From contig CM074804.1 of NCBI GenBank assembly GCA_037447605.1, positions 7,045,909 to 7,109,908 of the forward strand: DNA of 64,000 nt. Reading direction: 5' to 3'. The translations under genes were made by a program, and so were the position numbers. The notes under the pieces were generated by a model, which did no database searches, was not told where the DNA came from, and was given only the letters and a program-made list of their open reading frames with translations. Origin of the DNA: Zygnema circumcarinatum SAG 698-1b. Lineage: Eukaryota; Plantae; Zygnematophyceae. This document shows positions 1 to 14,500 of this stretch, piece after piece (position 1 is the stretch's first letter; the number at the start of each line of letters is the position of its first letter).

Positions 1-881
1 TCTCATCGACGATGCTGAATTTGTATGGTCGAGGGTTAGTTCCGACTCCAGTTAAGTATTGAAGTCGTACTCATAGGGAAGTTGAAGACCCATGTTTTAG
101 GTTTAGCATGCTTTAGTCAACTACTGCATGGACTCTCTCTCTCTCTTACAATGAATGTCCTTCACCATTGAACTGTACGCATTATTGCGGATAATGCCGG
201 TGAATCATGCCGGTGCCGGTTAACTTCTGGAAAGTATGCCGGAAGAGTTATGTTATAATTTCATCCTGCAGTTTTGTTGCCTTGGTTGTCCTAATCTGGC
301 TCTGTAGAATCGATATATAATCTTCGTGTTGACGTTCTCCTGGATTGTACCGCTTGATAGTCTTGAGCACTGCTGCTGGTGTAGTTTACAAACCAACAAG
401 AATGTTGAATGAGAACGAGAAGGCTTGCAGCTAGGGGGTGGTACAGCAAATGCAAAGAATCCAGTGACCTGTCAATTAATCTGTTACAAGATGGAAAGGG
501 CAACTGTGACATCCCTCCACTTGAGTTGCGGAACTTTACCTTGATTCGGGTATTTTGGATTGTCTGGCTTGTGCCCTCAAGAAAATATGGCATCCATTCC
601 ATCAAGCAACCTTGGCCAGCACAGTGACTAGCATTATGGCGAGCATCGGAGAGGACTGATGAGCCCAGAACTCAGAGCCCTCCAACACCTCTTAATTTCC
701 GGGGTCCAGTACAAAAAGTAATAGACCCACCAAAAAATTGTTGCAAGCGATTACGAGAAGCTCCACGAGCACACCCCCAGACGGAAACAGCCGTTGGACC
801 CAAACATGCGCTGTAAAAGTATCTCTTTTGAGAACGTTCGGCTTTCACTGTTCGTTAAAAATTGGTGCCCAGCCAGCGCGC

Positions 882-3800
882 CTAACTGACATCCATGAGG
901 TCTGCGCCCACTATGGAGTCGTGCTCCTGCCGGACCTGGTTGTACAGCTGCCCTACAGCGCCCGTCTTCACAACATTGTTCAGGAAGTTGGTGAAGCGCG
1001 ATGAGGACTCCACGTTGCTGCAGAGAGTGCAAAAGGGCAGTTGCAAGGTCGGCGTGCTTAGCGTGAAGGAAGGAAAACCGGCATCGGTGAATGAAGTGCA
1101 GAGGAGAGAATATCAGGTTAAATGACACAACCCACAAGTGGGAAACATACGGCTGCAAAGAGGGCTGTTGGCATGCAGATAGTATGCAAGGCAACATGCC
1201 CTCACCTGATGCGGGTCAACGAATTGATAGCACGTAGCGCACTTCGAATCATGTCGTCGTTCCGATCGAGTTCTTGCTTCACCGCGTCTTGCTTCACTTT
1301 GTTTGCCACAGTCTTCTCCAAAGGCTCCAACAAAGAATCGAGGACTGCATGCGACACCGCGAGCACAGGTCGTCAGGAGTCAGACGCTGTCACTGCTCCG
1401 GTTGACTTTTGCATACAGCGAAGCAATAATCAGAATTTTGACTCTGAACCTTCATGCTCACAGCTACGTTCAACTAACATCCTTGCATGTATCGTTCATG
1501 CCCAGGAGGGTACATGAGTAGGCACAAACCTGCAAGGACGGCTGGCCCGCACTTTTCAGACAGTTTTGACAAAATAAGGTGGCAGGGCATCTTCACATCG
1601 TAGTCATCTGAGAGATGATCCACCCAATGAAAGACGTCACAAAGACGTTGTGTTAAAAAACAAGGGCTACAATAGCAACATCTTCAACGAACAAGCAGCA
1701 GCAAGCACGTGTTTCTTGTAGAAATGGGGCGCTAACGAAGGGAAAAACAAGAAGCTCAAGAGCTAGCAGCAAATCTGTGACTTTGTTTACCTCCAAGTCC
1801 AGAAACAAGGTAGGGAGTGATAAAAGCAGACGGGTCGATTCGATCCAAGCAATTGCTGAGGAGAGTGTCCATGCAGTCGAAGGCTGCTTTCCGAAGCTCG
1901 AGACCATCGTCCACCGTGTGCGTGAAGGGACCCAAGTTCACCGTTCTAATAAGCTCAGGCTGCAAGACCGAAAATTCCCCCATGAGCTCCAAACCTTGTG
2001 GAATTGCAACGACAAGGACGTCGAAGGACATGCGAAGCTCTCTATACTTCATCACCACGCCAAACACTGCCCATCCCAGAACAAGTTTGCCATTCATTTC
2101 TGCGGCTTATCGAGACCCCACAAACCCACTTGCCTTGACTATCATCTGTTGGTAGAGAAGAGGAAGAAGCGCAGGTAGGTGATCGGCGACAAGGCTGGGC
2201 TTATTGTGTGCAGCAGTGCTGAGGGCCACCACTGAAGCGCGTCTGACATGCTGCATGGGAGCAGACAGTTGCAACCACTTGCTAATGTTCTGAGATGCAG
2301 AAGAAAGGGAGGAGTAGAGCAAAGAGCATGCCATTGCGAATTGGGCAGCGGGTCACATCAGTTTTCTATTATCTGATGTGTTGAGACACAAAATGCTAGA
2401 AAATAATGAAATTTTCTAACTCTTATCCGGTTACAAGATCAGGTCGATGATAACAAAGGTCGAATAAGGCGCTTTCAACATGTCAACTCACCCTGTCTTC
2501 ATCCTTGAGCAACAGAAACGAAAGAATTCCCGGCCTTATGTACGCGTCAATTGGCTGGGGCTCATCCACGATGGTAAATTTAAGGGAAAACACCATTGTA
2601 GCGCGCGTGTGAGCAGAAGGGCTAGTAGTTCTCTCCTGCACGTCAACACTCTCGACTTTATGTAAACACAACAGTTAACTGTACCGATGGAACAAGAAAA
2701 ACATGCAAGACAAGACGACTTTCGCCATTTTTCATGCTTGGCTGAATTTATATCAATGAAAACTTGTGGAAGTAGCCGCTTACAAACAAAGGAACGAGTT
2801 TTACATCATCCTGCCTTCATTCCTCTGCAAGCTCCAAAGCTGGAACCAGGTTACGAAACATCCGTACCTGGAGGGCAGGCACTAGCTTGGCTGATTCAAT
2901 AAGGGCCAGCTTGCCGAGACACTCGGCGACAACATTCCGTACACCCTCTTCATCACTTTCGCAGTGCACAAACAGCAGTTGCAGAATCTTCTCCACATCG
3001 GCAGGCTGGAGTTCCACCTTCCTACCATAATCTGCAGACTGCCGAGTAATGACCTGCAGGAAAAAACACACCAATCCTTATGCAACCGCAGGAGCATCAC
3101 TTCACATCACTTCAGGCATGCAGGGCCCATGAGAAGGCCGTACATCACTCTGGGATTTCTCACAAGATCGAATCCCATTACACCCCACCGACAAGATGAA
3201 TGGCAGCAAGAGGAAAAACGTCACAAGAGTGGGCATGACAGACTAACCTCTTTAAGAGAATGAAGGAGTAGGTATTTTAGCTTAGGCTGGCTACCAATCT
3301 GGCTGAGGATGAATGGCAGAAACTTCGAATGACTTCCCACAGCAATGTTCCCCAAAGCGAATGAAGCAGCTCCCTTGATTTCTTCGGATGGCGATTGGAA
3401 CGAGCCAACGACGACATTTTCCAAAGCTGGATGGATACTCAGATCTTTCCTTCGCCCGATTTCTCCCAAACATAGGAGGGACAGCAGTTGTGTCTGTCAC
3501 ACCCAAGAACGGTCGCAAGGAACTCCTGTCCTTTCAGGCCGTACATGATTGGCAGTTTTGGCACAAGTCTCAGAGTCTGTGCCATGCAGGGAAGTAACCC
3601 TCTAGGACAACGCCGGAAATAACAGGCACGACAGTCAGAGTAATATCTGTCTACTTACGGTACATGGGGCAGAAAGAGGCTTTGAATAAGCACGTATCAG
3701 GTAAATTTCCCTTTAAACATAGGATTCCTAGAACTAGGCATTTGCCACCATCGACAATCGTACGAGTAGATTTCCACAAAAACGACAGAGCTGCAAGGGA

Positions 3801-6800
3801 GTGCCAATGGCGAACTTCAACCCCACAAAGGCAACAATCAAAGACAAACAGAAATATGCCCTCTTACCGCATCTTCACTGGAATTCGATTGAAGGGCGGC
3901 TATTAAACGTGAAACGGTGGAAGAGCACTTGGCATCGCCGGCAGCCAAGCAAAGCACAGCTGCACATTGGGCTGTTGAAAAGAAGGCCTGCTTGCTGACA
4001 GTCCCTCCAGGAGTTGAGGACCCTTTGGCTGTGGAGAGAAGGGCCTCCAACAGAGCGTCAAAACTGGTATTGGAGGACTGAACCAGAACTTCGAAAAATC
4101 GCTGAAGGGTCTGCCAAGACAGGTTGAGCATCACATACCCCGTTCATTTTCTGCTCGGCTTTTCACAAGTCTAAATGACGCGTAACTAACTACAATCAAA
4201 ATCTCGGCAATCGTTCCCAATGCAGGGTCTGCATATGTTGTCTAGCTCGCGGAAACAAATGGGTTGCTTCTTGCTCACAGAATGTCCAAAAGCAAAGGAT
4301 CTGAATCAAAACGTAAGGCTTACCTGGAGGGCTTGCCCCTGCAACAATGGGCTCTTAACAAGGACCAACGCTTGCGGGAGCACGCGTGCACTGACAGCTG
4401 CTCCTGCGTTCGCATGCCTCTTCATGTCGAGCATCATCGTACAGCATAGCTCGAGAGCGAGGGCCGTCAGTGCCAGATCAGAGTCACTGCATTATTCATA
4501 CGAATCAAACACACGAGGGAATATCAAATCAGACAAATCCTTTTTTTCTGACACTGAGGAAACTTGAGAAAAGGCAGCTTTCAGATGTGCATAAGCCATC
4601 GCATCATAAGGAAATAAAAAGGAAATAGGACAACCTCGCCACGAGCAGTGCAGCGCGGTTTTCCGAACAAGATGCTGGTCAAACTGCTTTCACTTGACAA
4701 GCCAGGCCCTGCAGACGTAGGACCTTCATATAGCGATCTTGCAAGGATTCCCTAAGCATGTGTCAGAGTTTGGACTACCTTAAGCACGCTGATAAGGTGA
4801 TAAGGCACAGTCCGATATTCAATGAGAAAGGATATGCACCTTATTAGGGATGAAATCTCTGCTGTGATGCCGTCATAGCTGAACGAAGAGATTTTGTCAC
4901 TGTAAGCCTTCAAGAGAGAGTTGAGTGCCGCTAAGGAAGCTTGTCTGAGAGCCCTAATTGCCTGAAAGCCACACCTTCAGACTGCTGGTAAGAATGATGC
5001 ATACACCTGTTAGATGCCAATTTCAAGACACCGGACAGCCTGCTTATAGGAACGCTTCAAGTGAGGCCCTAAAATCATCGATCGATTAGACAAACCTACA
5101 CCAGCTTCAATCGGTTACACGATGAATAAAAGGGGGTACCTTTCTTAGGAAGGAGGTTAGCCCCTCTATCACTTGCTCCAGCACGATCGACAGATCAATT
5201 TTCAAAGGAGATTCTGCGATAGTTGCAAAAGCCTGCGCAAATTGCAGGCTATGTAAGTACACATCCCAACCAGCAGAAAAAAGTGATTCATTCAAATGAA
5301 AGAAGGTGAAAGGAATTTTTTTCAGTCATACCTTAACAGCGGTGAGTCGGGTGATCTCATTGCCAAGACGATCAAGAAGGAGAGGCAGGCACGAATTTAA
5401 CTCAGTGGTGAGCTGGTCGCCCAAAATTGAAATGATCAAGCCCATACAGAAGATTGCACATTCCTTCACTTCCTGCCATAATTTCCCAGCCAAACAGAGA
5501 AAAACCACCACAAAAACTTTAAAAAAGTTAAATGGCGAGCATACTAAAGGGAGCTAAAAAATAAACAAGCACTGGAAGATGCAATTGCTGATCAATAATA
5601 AAAACAATCCTGACATGGTAACTTCCAACCATACCTGATCTTGATCCTGGGCTGTAAGCCTCTTCATAATAGCCTCATATAACGGCTGAACATATGGTTT
5701 GAAATCAAACTTTGATGGCTGCAACAACCTTCGGTTGGACATTAGAAGTGGGGGAAGAAGAGGAAGTGGCTTCGGCAGACCATTGACAGGCACACGTAAC
5801 TAAAGTAGTGGCAGACCTGATTGCAAAAAATAGTTTCAGTGCATCTACGGTGGACCTCCAATACCGAGCACAACATCACTACAAGCAGTTCCGAGCAATT
5901 AACTTGTTTAACCTTTTCCCTTGCGAACGGGTTGAGTATGAAGATAGTTGAAACACTACATTCACAACAAGGTATCCCGACCCGGGTATAAGAATGCACC
6001 TCCATAATACTTGGACGAATGGCTTTGATCAGCTCTCCACATACTCGGAGGGCTTCCGCCGTCACTTTATAGTAGCGCTCACCGACCGCAGCCAAGACCG
6101 GCTGAGTCAGAGCCTGCACAGAGGAATGTCAGCCACTAGGGCCTGCTTAATACAACATCGAAGTACGGAAAAAAAGGTTTAAGAGTCCCCAGATGCAGTC
6201 CCATACATCCCGTGTTGTTGCAGCTGAGAAGTTGGAAAAAATGTTACACGAACATCCCACCTTAATGTGTGGCTGGAAAACTTCAGGTGGCTGAGAAGCC
6301 ATGAGCAGGCGGGTGTATACAAGGGCTTCAATCTTCAGGTTTGAATTTGATGCCTTGTCCTGGAGGCCATCCCAATGCTAGACGTTGAGGGAATGTACGA
6401 AATTTAACGATCCCTCGAGTTCATAGTGAAAATTTGCTAAACCCCATCATCAAAATGGTCAATGCCATCGAGTATTATTGGTTTGCAATCTGTCAAACTG
6501 GTCTTTCCAGAAAAGAATGCAGCATGGGGCTCACATTAAGGGCCTGTTCAATTCTCGGCACGAGGGAAGCAACATGGTTTTGAAGGCTGTCCGGCAACAC
6601 CAGCACAAGCTCCTTCAGCACAGAAAACGCTCCGACCTGTCCGAAGAACACAATCCTTTTAACATGAGCATCGAGAGAGGAAATTAACACGAGATTAGCA
6701 CGCATTTGCAGGGGTCAATAGGGATCGCTGGAATAGTTTTCGCAAAGAAACCAAAGATTAGTTATTTTGTGTATTCTTGATTTTGTACGTACTCGAGTCT

Positions 6801-9800
6801 TAACCGACTTTTCTCGAAGTTGCTTATTGAGAGACTTCACCACCTTAGGAACCTCCTCTTGCAGCATCAACTTGGGACTGGCGGAGCGCAAAGCCACAGA
6901 ACAAAGCACATGATCGAAGTCATGCAGGAGATCTTTGAGAATTAACAGAGTGATTCACTAACTGCAACAGAGAGCAGAAGTGTAAATGGAGGCGACCTCC
7001 AGAATTACATCATGGAGGTCCTCACATTAGATCTGTCATTTTCAGTCAAGCAGACATTCCATACAACACATTGAATACACACTGCAAATCATCCTGTGCT
7101 TTCAAAACAACACACCTTCCAGTAGACATCTCATGGCTTCCCTTGGTAACATGGCCCGTTTGCCTCAACAAATCAATGAAGACATTGAAAACGTCTATCT
7201 GCAAAATGAATGGAGGGCATTTAGCATATCGTAGACCTAGGAGTTCACTATCTAAGATATATTAAATAAATAAAATAATAATAAAAAATTAAAAAATATA
7301 TATTAATTAATATTAATATTTTGTGTAAGAGATCTCTTGAAAATGTTCGTACTTCGGCATTGAGCTGAACACAATCGCCATGAGATCTAAACACTCAGAT
7401 TGCCATGCAGGAAGAAAAGCCAAATGGCACGACCTACCCCTTTCTAAAATAAACACTTTGCGAGGAATGCGCATTAATCTCATTTTCACTAGGCTTATTT
7501 GACTCTCAGTCAGGACACAAAACGAAATCGGACGCATATTTCAGTAAAAAAATAGACAGTGTGATGCCGTTGTTGTGAATGCCATCGGAAATATTGAAAG
7601 CCCTGATATGCTAAAAAAAAAAAGAAAAAAAAATGAGAAATCATGAATGAGCACAAAAGGAGTAAGTAACAATAAGGTACAAAACGAGGACTAATTTGGT
7701 TCCCAAACTCCTGATTCTTTGGCGGGTTCAATCACCACATATTTCAAGTGACAGACATATAACAAAGTAGTGTTGTTTCAAGGGCATTTGCGTCAAAGCG
7801 ATTTGAGTAAACCCATTTGCATGCATTTCCCGAACAAAAAGGACCCTGTCTGATCACGTGAGAGAGCATACCTTCACATTCTCTTCTCTCTCCTTGAACC
7901 TCTCGATCAACTTTGGGGAAGCCTGCCGACCAGGAAGGGGAATATGATCAGCCACAAACGTAGCTTAAGAGTGGTAGGAAACAGAAAAGGAATGTGCTCA
8001 AATTGTAGATTAGAAGATATTATTCCAAGAAAAGTATCTCTAGTGACATAAGTGCAGAGAACACACCGACCTTTGCATAGAGACTTGCGAGCATTTCAGG
8101 TCTTGAGCAAATTACTGCCGATAAACACTTTGCAGCAGCTCGCCGCACTTTCCAGCTCACATCCTCATCGTCACTATACTCATCTGCACTCTCTCTGCCA
8201 AAAGCCACCACACGTATCCACTTCAAGGAATGCCCAAAGGTAAAGAGAGAAATCCGTTGCACTTTGTTCCGCATAGACATTCTGCTATGCGTAATACTTG
8301 GAAAAATCCGCTTTCGTAGGACTGACCAAACAAGACCTTAGCTCGACAACGTGCATCTACAAGTTGTTACTTCAATTGCAATTCGTCAAGGCAGATCTGT
8401 AAACAGCCGGGTGGTATACGATCAGTGCCAATGGCATGTCAGCATGGATAGAGAAACTCCCCATTAAGGGGAAAAGGGCCAGTGAAAACGATGATCAATT
8501 CTACAAGCTGCTTGTTACGCTCACAGGCAATAATGGAAACCAACCTATGCCCTGGATGACTACACTAAAACTCTCAAGACCTGCCAAAACTGCAACAAAA
8601 ATCAAACCCCTCCTTCCATCTGCAAAACAAAAGGTTTGCCGAAAGGACCATGCGACCCACACATCATGGCAATAGACTTACTCATCCTCGTCTTCATCAG
8701 CTTCCATTTCCTCGTCTTCGTCGTTGTCCATCTCATCGGTGAAGTTAGGGTCGTAACTGAGGTACTCCAGGGCTAAGTCGAGAATAGTGTTGCAATGGGG
8801 TGCAACGTTGCGCGGACAACGAGTGACAAAACTCTCCAAAGCCTGGCAAAGTAGTTCATGCCTGTTAGACAATCCACCAATTATTGCTCTGCCATTTAAG
8901 TGATTTTTCCCCCACGAACGCAATTCACTACATGCTTAGGAACGTGAACTGGATGACAAGCGTTTACGAACCGACCCTTGACACGTACCTGAAGACTATT
9001 CTCACGGATTTCATCATCGTTTTCCGATGCGCTCTTGCAATACTCGATAAGCAGAGGTAGGACATCATGCAGGTGCGGACCGAATCTATACCCAACAGCT
9101 CGGCTGTAAAAGGAAAAATACAACAAACAATAACGGGTAAGATCCTTGCATTGGACGAAAGACAACTTCTTCGGGTAACTTCGCTGAAAATATTATAATG
9201 TGTAGAACAACCAACACATACATATGAATTTCCCCATACATAGACGTACATATACATATACATACACATATGCATATGCACATAAGCTGCAATTGCGGTA
9301 GGAGTTAGCAAGCAAGCCACCTAAAGTTGGTGCGAGAAACACCCATACGCACCAAAGGGCACCGATCATCTGGATATTTGTGCGTGTGATGTCCGACTTT
9401 GCTGATTTGTTTTTCAGTAACTGAACAATGCTTGAAGTTGCTTGTGCTAGCAAGTCGTCAGACATATGGGGAGCGAGGCTAGCTGCGTATACATTCCAAG
9501 AAAACGGCTCAAACACTTGTGTGGCTCTCATCAACGAAAACAATTTGAAAATAATGCAAAGCAAGGCTTAAGCTGAAATGACTGCGGCGACTCTTCAGCC
9601 AGAAGCAGTCGCAGTTATTTACCTAAGCAGTGAATGGCTCGTTTCCTAAGTCCAGCTCTAGAAGAGTTGAATTGAGACAGGATGCTCATTAAAAGTCTGG
9701 CATGATCAGCCACCATGAGACTTCCGAACCGATGAAGAACATCGCACAAAATGTCGAGACATTCGCTCTTCACCTCGCTGGTAGCCTGCACTCTTTCTTG

Positions 9801-10844
9801 ACGTCAATACCGCGCACTATACGACTACACTGTGAGGACCAGAATGTGAATTCATGGATGGACAAAATGTGAATACGTTAACAAATGCGTCTAGAAAAAG
9901 ACGATGGCATATACTCCAGTTTATCCAGGCACCTAAACCGCTAAAACATTGTAGTTTCAGAGTATCAAGCGTAGAATTAATGCAAGAAGTTGCTTAGGCT
10001 TGCCAGCATGAAAGCATTGAAACAGAAGGTATTGGTTACCTGACCTGTGCATTATTGACTCCCATTATGAGTTTGGGTGGAAGAGAAGCGATAACGCAGT
10101 GAGCTACAGCCCCAGACGAAACCTCTGCAACAATCGTCTTCAAGGCTATGCTAGCGATATCTCGTTGCTGCTCTTTTCCTGTCAGCAACTTCTGAACAAG
10201 CGCGTCGCAGATGTCCACCACCTTCACTTCGTTGATTTTCTTGACCAAAGGGGCAAGGCTGATAAACGCACAGCAACCAGAAGATTGCCGCAAAAATTAA
10301 TTCCCTTGAGCGCTATCTTATTAGTCTTATTCTTTCAGTAACAAGCTCATTAACAGGGGGATTTTCACTTTAAATTTTCGTAACTCGGCGAGGTAAACGC
10401 TAACAAACAAAATTATGCCCTTCTTACAAAAATGTTGAATGATAGAAAGGATAAAAGAGAAAGCTGAAAAAAAATATTATCTTGATCATCAGATTTTTAT
10501 TTTACTTTAACGAATGGCGAACAAATAGAACATACCATTTCACGGCGAGACCGGAAATGTCACCAGATGCGTCATCTAACTGCTGCAGAACGACCTGGCA
10601 CAGCTTCCTCTCTGTGTCTGGATCTGGCTTGAATGTGTCTTTCTGGAGCTCACTTAAAAGGTCCGACGTTCCCATATACCGAAAATCCTTGTCCTTGGAA
10701 GCAATCTGTAAGTGTATAGAAAATACAAAGTCGCAGATTGGCCACACTTTCCTTTCCTTCACTTCCAATTCAAACTCGCAACCAGTAACAGATACTGAAT
10801 GCTCTCACCTTTTCAAACGCGAGGCTCACCGCTCCGCTCCCCAT
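882..10844 (-). CDS. CAND1: Cullin-associated NEDD8-dissociated protein 1 (multi-exon, HEAT-repeat SCF exchange factor)
   Basis: Exon 1 (10844-10809) [12 protein letters not shown] joins exon 2 [22 protein letters not shown]. Internal exons give [106 protein letters not shown] and [13 protein letters not shown]. The last exon ends ...DLMDVS* (TAG at 884-882). These match recalled plant CAND1 motifs in collinear order with GT-AG boundaries. Confidence 0.95.
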
Positions 10845-11531
10845 GGCTGCAGCCCGCCTCTACCCCCCGAATTCAGCGCCCTCTCTTCTGAACAAACGCT
10901 GCCTTTCTTTCGGAGGGCTCTTCTTCAGCCTGAGGCCTCCCTGTGAGCTGCCATGGCCATGGCCATGGTATGCATGCGGCAGCGGATGGGGTCATGCGCC
11001 CACCCGCAAGGTCATGGCTTGAGACCATGCATCAATATCGATATATCTCGGTACTTATCATATGACCCCTAACGATACGGTATCGCTTGCGATATTGAGG
11101 GTCTAGACGATACTTTGAATGTGTTTTAATCGTATCGATTCTGATATCGTATCGTGCCGACACTGTCCTGCCTTGCCACGGGGAGCGATGGCTCTGTGAG
11201 TCTGTGAGGGATGAGGGGAGAGGAGAGGGAGTGTGTGCAGGAGAGGATGCCTTGAAGCACGCGGATGACGCTGAGCTGATTTAGTTCTTGCAGAGAGTTG
11301 CACTGCAAGTTTTTTTTCTCTTCCGGCTGTGGTATTGGTGGAAAGTTCTGGAGTTCAAAGCATCTGGTAAAAGTGGAAGGGACGGAGGGAGGGAGGGGAG
11401 GCATCACGAACTGGCTTGCAAGAACATGGGAGCTCACCAGCAGGAGCTTCTCACTAGTTTAGAAGGCACATGATGCCAGGAGTAGGGTGAAGTTTGCAGA
11501 AACTAGTTTGACGACAACTTTTTGGCGTATA

Positions 11532-14500
11532 ATGGCCTCGTGTGCAATCTCTTGCAGTAGCTTCTGCTCCAAAACAAATGATGCATTTGGCCTTCTGACA
11601 AGTACCAGATGGCAGAATTCTGTCGCAATATGGCAAGCAAGAGGTTGGTCCAGTTACAAGGGGAAGAAACCTGCTGGAGCTCGCGTTGGCCTTTCCAGGA
11701 GCTCTCCTATGCGGAGGAGGAATTACTCGGTTAGGTGTGCTGATTCCGAAGGTCAGCATGATGCGGCTTTGTTCAATAAGCCAGAAGGGCGACATCCAAT
11801 TCGAAGATATTTCGACGATGCACGGTTTGCTCCCTTCCCTCCTCCCTTTTCCTTCCATATTTAGCCATCAGCGGCAGCTTGAAGGGACTTCTTCGATTAT
11901 GTCAAGTCAGTCACTGAAACGTCGTACACGATTATGCTTGTGCGCCATTTTCTGGCACAAGTCAGCTGGAGACATGAGGCAGCTCGCCTGAAGTCTAAGC
12001 CGATTTTCAGAACTTTCACTATAAACAAAAGTTTCACATAGCTATTAGAGAGTCCTAATGAGTTTTTCGGATTGTGTACAAGGATTTTTCCCTTTTGGGT
12101 AAAAAACAACACGATCTCGGAGCTCTCTCTTACAGGGCTGTTGCCATCTTGTTTGATTCATTTCTCCAGAGGCCCTCTGAATAGAATTCTGAGAGATGAA
12201 GTTGGCCGCGATGTTATCGCTTTGGCACTTCCGGCGGCATTGATGGCCATGTCCGATCCTGTGGTTCAATTGACGGAGACTGCCATTGTGTCAAGGATCG
12301 GTACTTTCCTTCCATTCACTAGTCAATGGTCAGATGGTTTGCGTGACGAAAGCAAGAAGAATGCTTCTTCTTGCAACGAATTCTTGGCCTGTAAGGTTAG
12401 CCAACTGGCTATGAACGTACAAAATTGCGAATAACTATTTATCGTAATGGAGGAGGTACAGGCGGTTCAGCTCTTGGCAACTGGAGTACTAGGGAACTCT
12501 TTGTATTGGTGATTAGTGTTGTGAGAAACGAGTTATATGTTGACTTGGTTGGGTCATTGAACTGGGGGTTCCAGCAATGTGTTTGACAGCGATGACTTGG
12601 GCATTCAAGTGGCTGCGATAGCCTGGCCAGCTTTTCTGGCCTTGGCAGCCGACCCGCTTGCGTCCCTCACGGACACATATTTTATCGCTCAAATAGGTAT
12701 TCTTGAAGTGGGAATCCTGAATGCAAGCACTTAACCGGGCCGTGCGTGTTGGTTAATGCTTCTGTTTCCCTGTGCATTCTACAATAGATGCACTATGCAG
12801 GGCAGTGTTCAGAAATTAGCAGATTGGCACCGTTAGCGTTCTGGCCTGTGCTGCTGTTCAGTGACTATGTCGAATGAGGCATATGCCATTGTAGAAACTT
12901 GAGATCAGTCGACTTGAACATCTCACCAAATTTCGGAAAGCAAGCGTGCAGTTTTACTCAAAGAAGGGATAGTTATTTGGCGCCCTTTCAGGTCCCGTTG
13001 AGTTGGCAGCCGTTGGTGTGTCGATCTCAATATTCAATTTGGTCTCGAAAGTGTTCAACTTCCCACTACTCAATGTCACGACTTCATTCGTAGCGGAGGA
13101 CGAGGAGGCAGCTGAAGCTCAACGGAAGCTTGCTCCTGGTATGTTCGCATTAGCTGTGATTTATTCCACTTTGCTGTCCATCCCAACCTATTTTTTGATA
13201 AATGTTCCCTTTCCCAGAAACCGTTTTGCTGGCAGGATCATGGAGGTTGATATCTCTTGGTGAATCGGCTCTGAAATGGATTTCCGCAGATTCATCAGAC
13301 TCAAAATGGTTGCTGCAATATAATGGAGAAGCATTGAACGAACCTTATCTTTTTTTAATCGTGCAAGTTGAATCTAGGTGCTCTTTAAATCCGCAGTTGA
13401 ATTATCTACTGTTCGCGTATAATCGTCATTGTTTGCAGTGGCTGATTTCCATTCCGTAGTGTCGAATCATATGGTACGGTTTGGTACCTTTCACTAAGAT
13501 TACTCTAGCATTTCAAATTGGAAAGCTACAACCTATATTATTGGCTAAAGTGATGAAACCTCATCGTCAGAATGCGAGTGTTGATCTTCCCCCTATTTGT
13601 TATCGGGGAGGTTTTGCTAGTCTCTAGGTTCTCTAGTTTGCGTGCTTCTATTCAAGAGTACTTTTGCAGAACTAACTATTGGGTCGTCGTCTTTTTTGGA
13701 ATGGTGCATGTTTTCTGTGTAACAGGCGATGAAAAACCCTCGAAGCCAGCATTACCTGCAGTATCATCTGCACTTTTGTTGGGGACAATCCTTGGCCTTG
13801 TGGAGGCTGCATTTCTAATTTTTGGAGCTGGCAGCGTACTCGACATTATGGGCGTGCCTCTGGTTTGTTCTTGGCTGATTACACCTCACATAACATGATT
13901 TAATTCGCTGTTCCCTTCTAGCTGGTTGTAGAAATTTTCTATCTTCATTGTAAAGTGTTCCGCTCTCTCGCCCTTACTGTTTCTTTCCCCTCTTCTCTCT
14001 CTCTCTCCCTCTCTCTCTTCTATTAATCCCTTAAAGAATGGAGAAAATGCAATTACTCGGAGTTGACTGAAGTCAGCAGGATAAAATCACTGCCCGAGGA
14101 AGATGTGCTTTATCAAACGAGTGAGCGCTATTGCATTGTTGCTGTTTTATGCAGAATTCAGCGATGAGAGGTCCAGCAACCGAGTACCTTGCATTGCGAG
14201 CTATTGGTGCACCGGCTGTGGTGGTGGCTCTTGCCACCCAGGGTGTGTTTCGAGGGTTCAAAGATACCAAGACACCCCTCTATGCTACAGGTGGTGTACT
14301 TGGCCCAAAGTGGTTCAGTTCAGTACACTCTACAGACACTAGTTGCCATACTGCACATTGTGTAATGGGGACTCCTTTCTGAATTTTGTTGTTTTTGTGC
14401 TCCTATTCATCAGAGAGTATTCATCTGGAAAAACTCCATGCAAAAGCTCACTAGGATTTATGGATCTTGGATCCGCAGTGGGGGCAAACTTGATGAACGT

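Noticed and set aside
4828-4835. ATATCCTT on the minus strand as a U12 (AT-AC) 5' splice site in CAND1
   Set aside because: The conserved frame (SSLIS|DSDL) is met by the ordinary AG|GTGCAT donor just upstream, so the motif appears coincidental.
13241-13264. Possible 24-nt symmetric micro-exon (ends ...TCTCTTG|gtgaat) in the MATE variable loop
   Set aside because: The splice sites are plausible, but there is no homology support; such patterns arise by chance.
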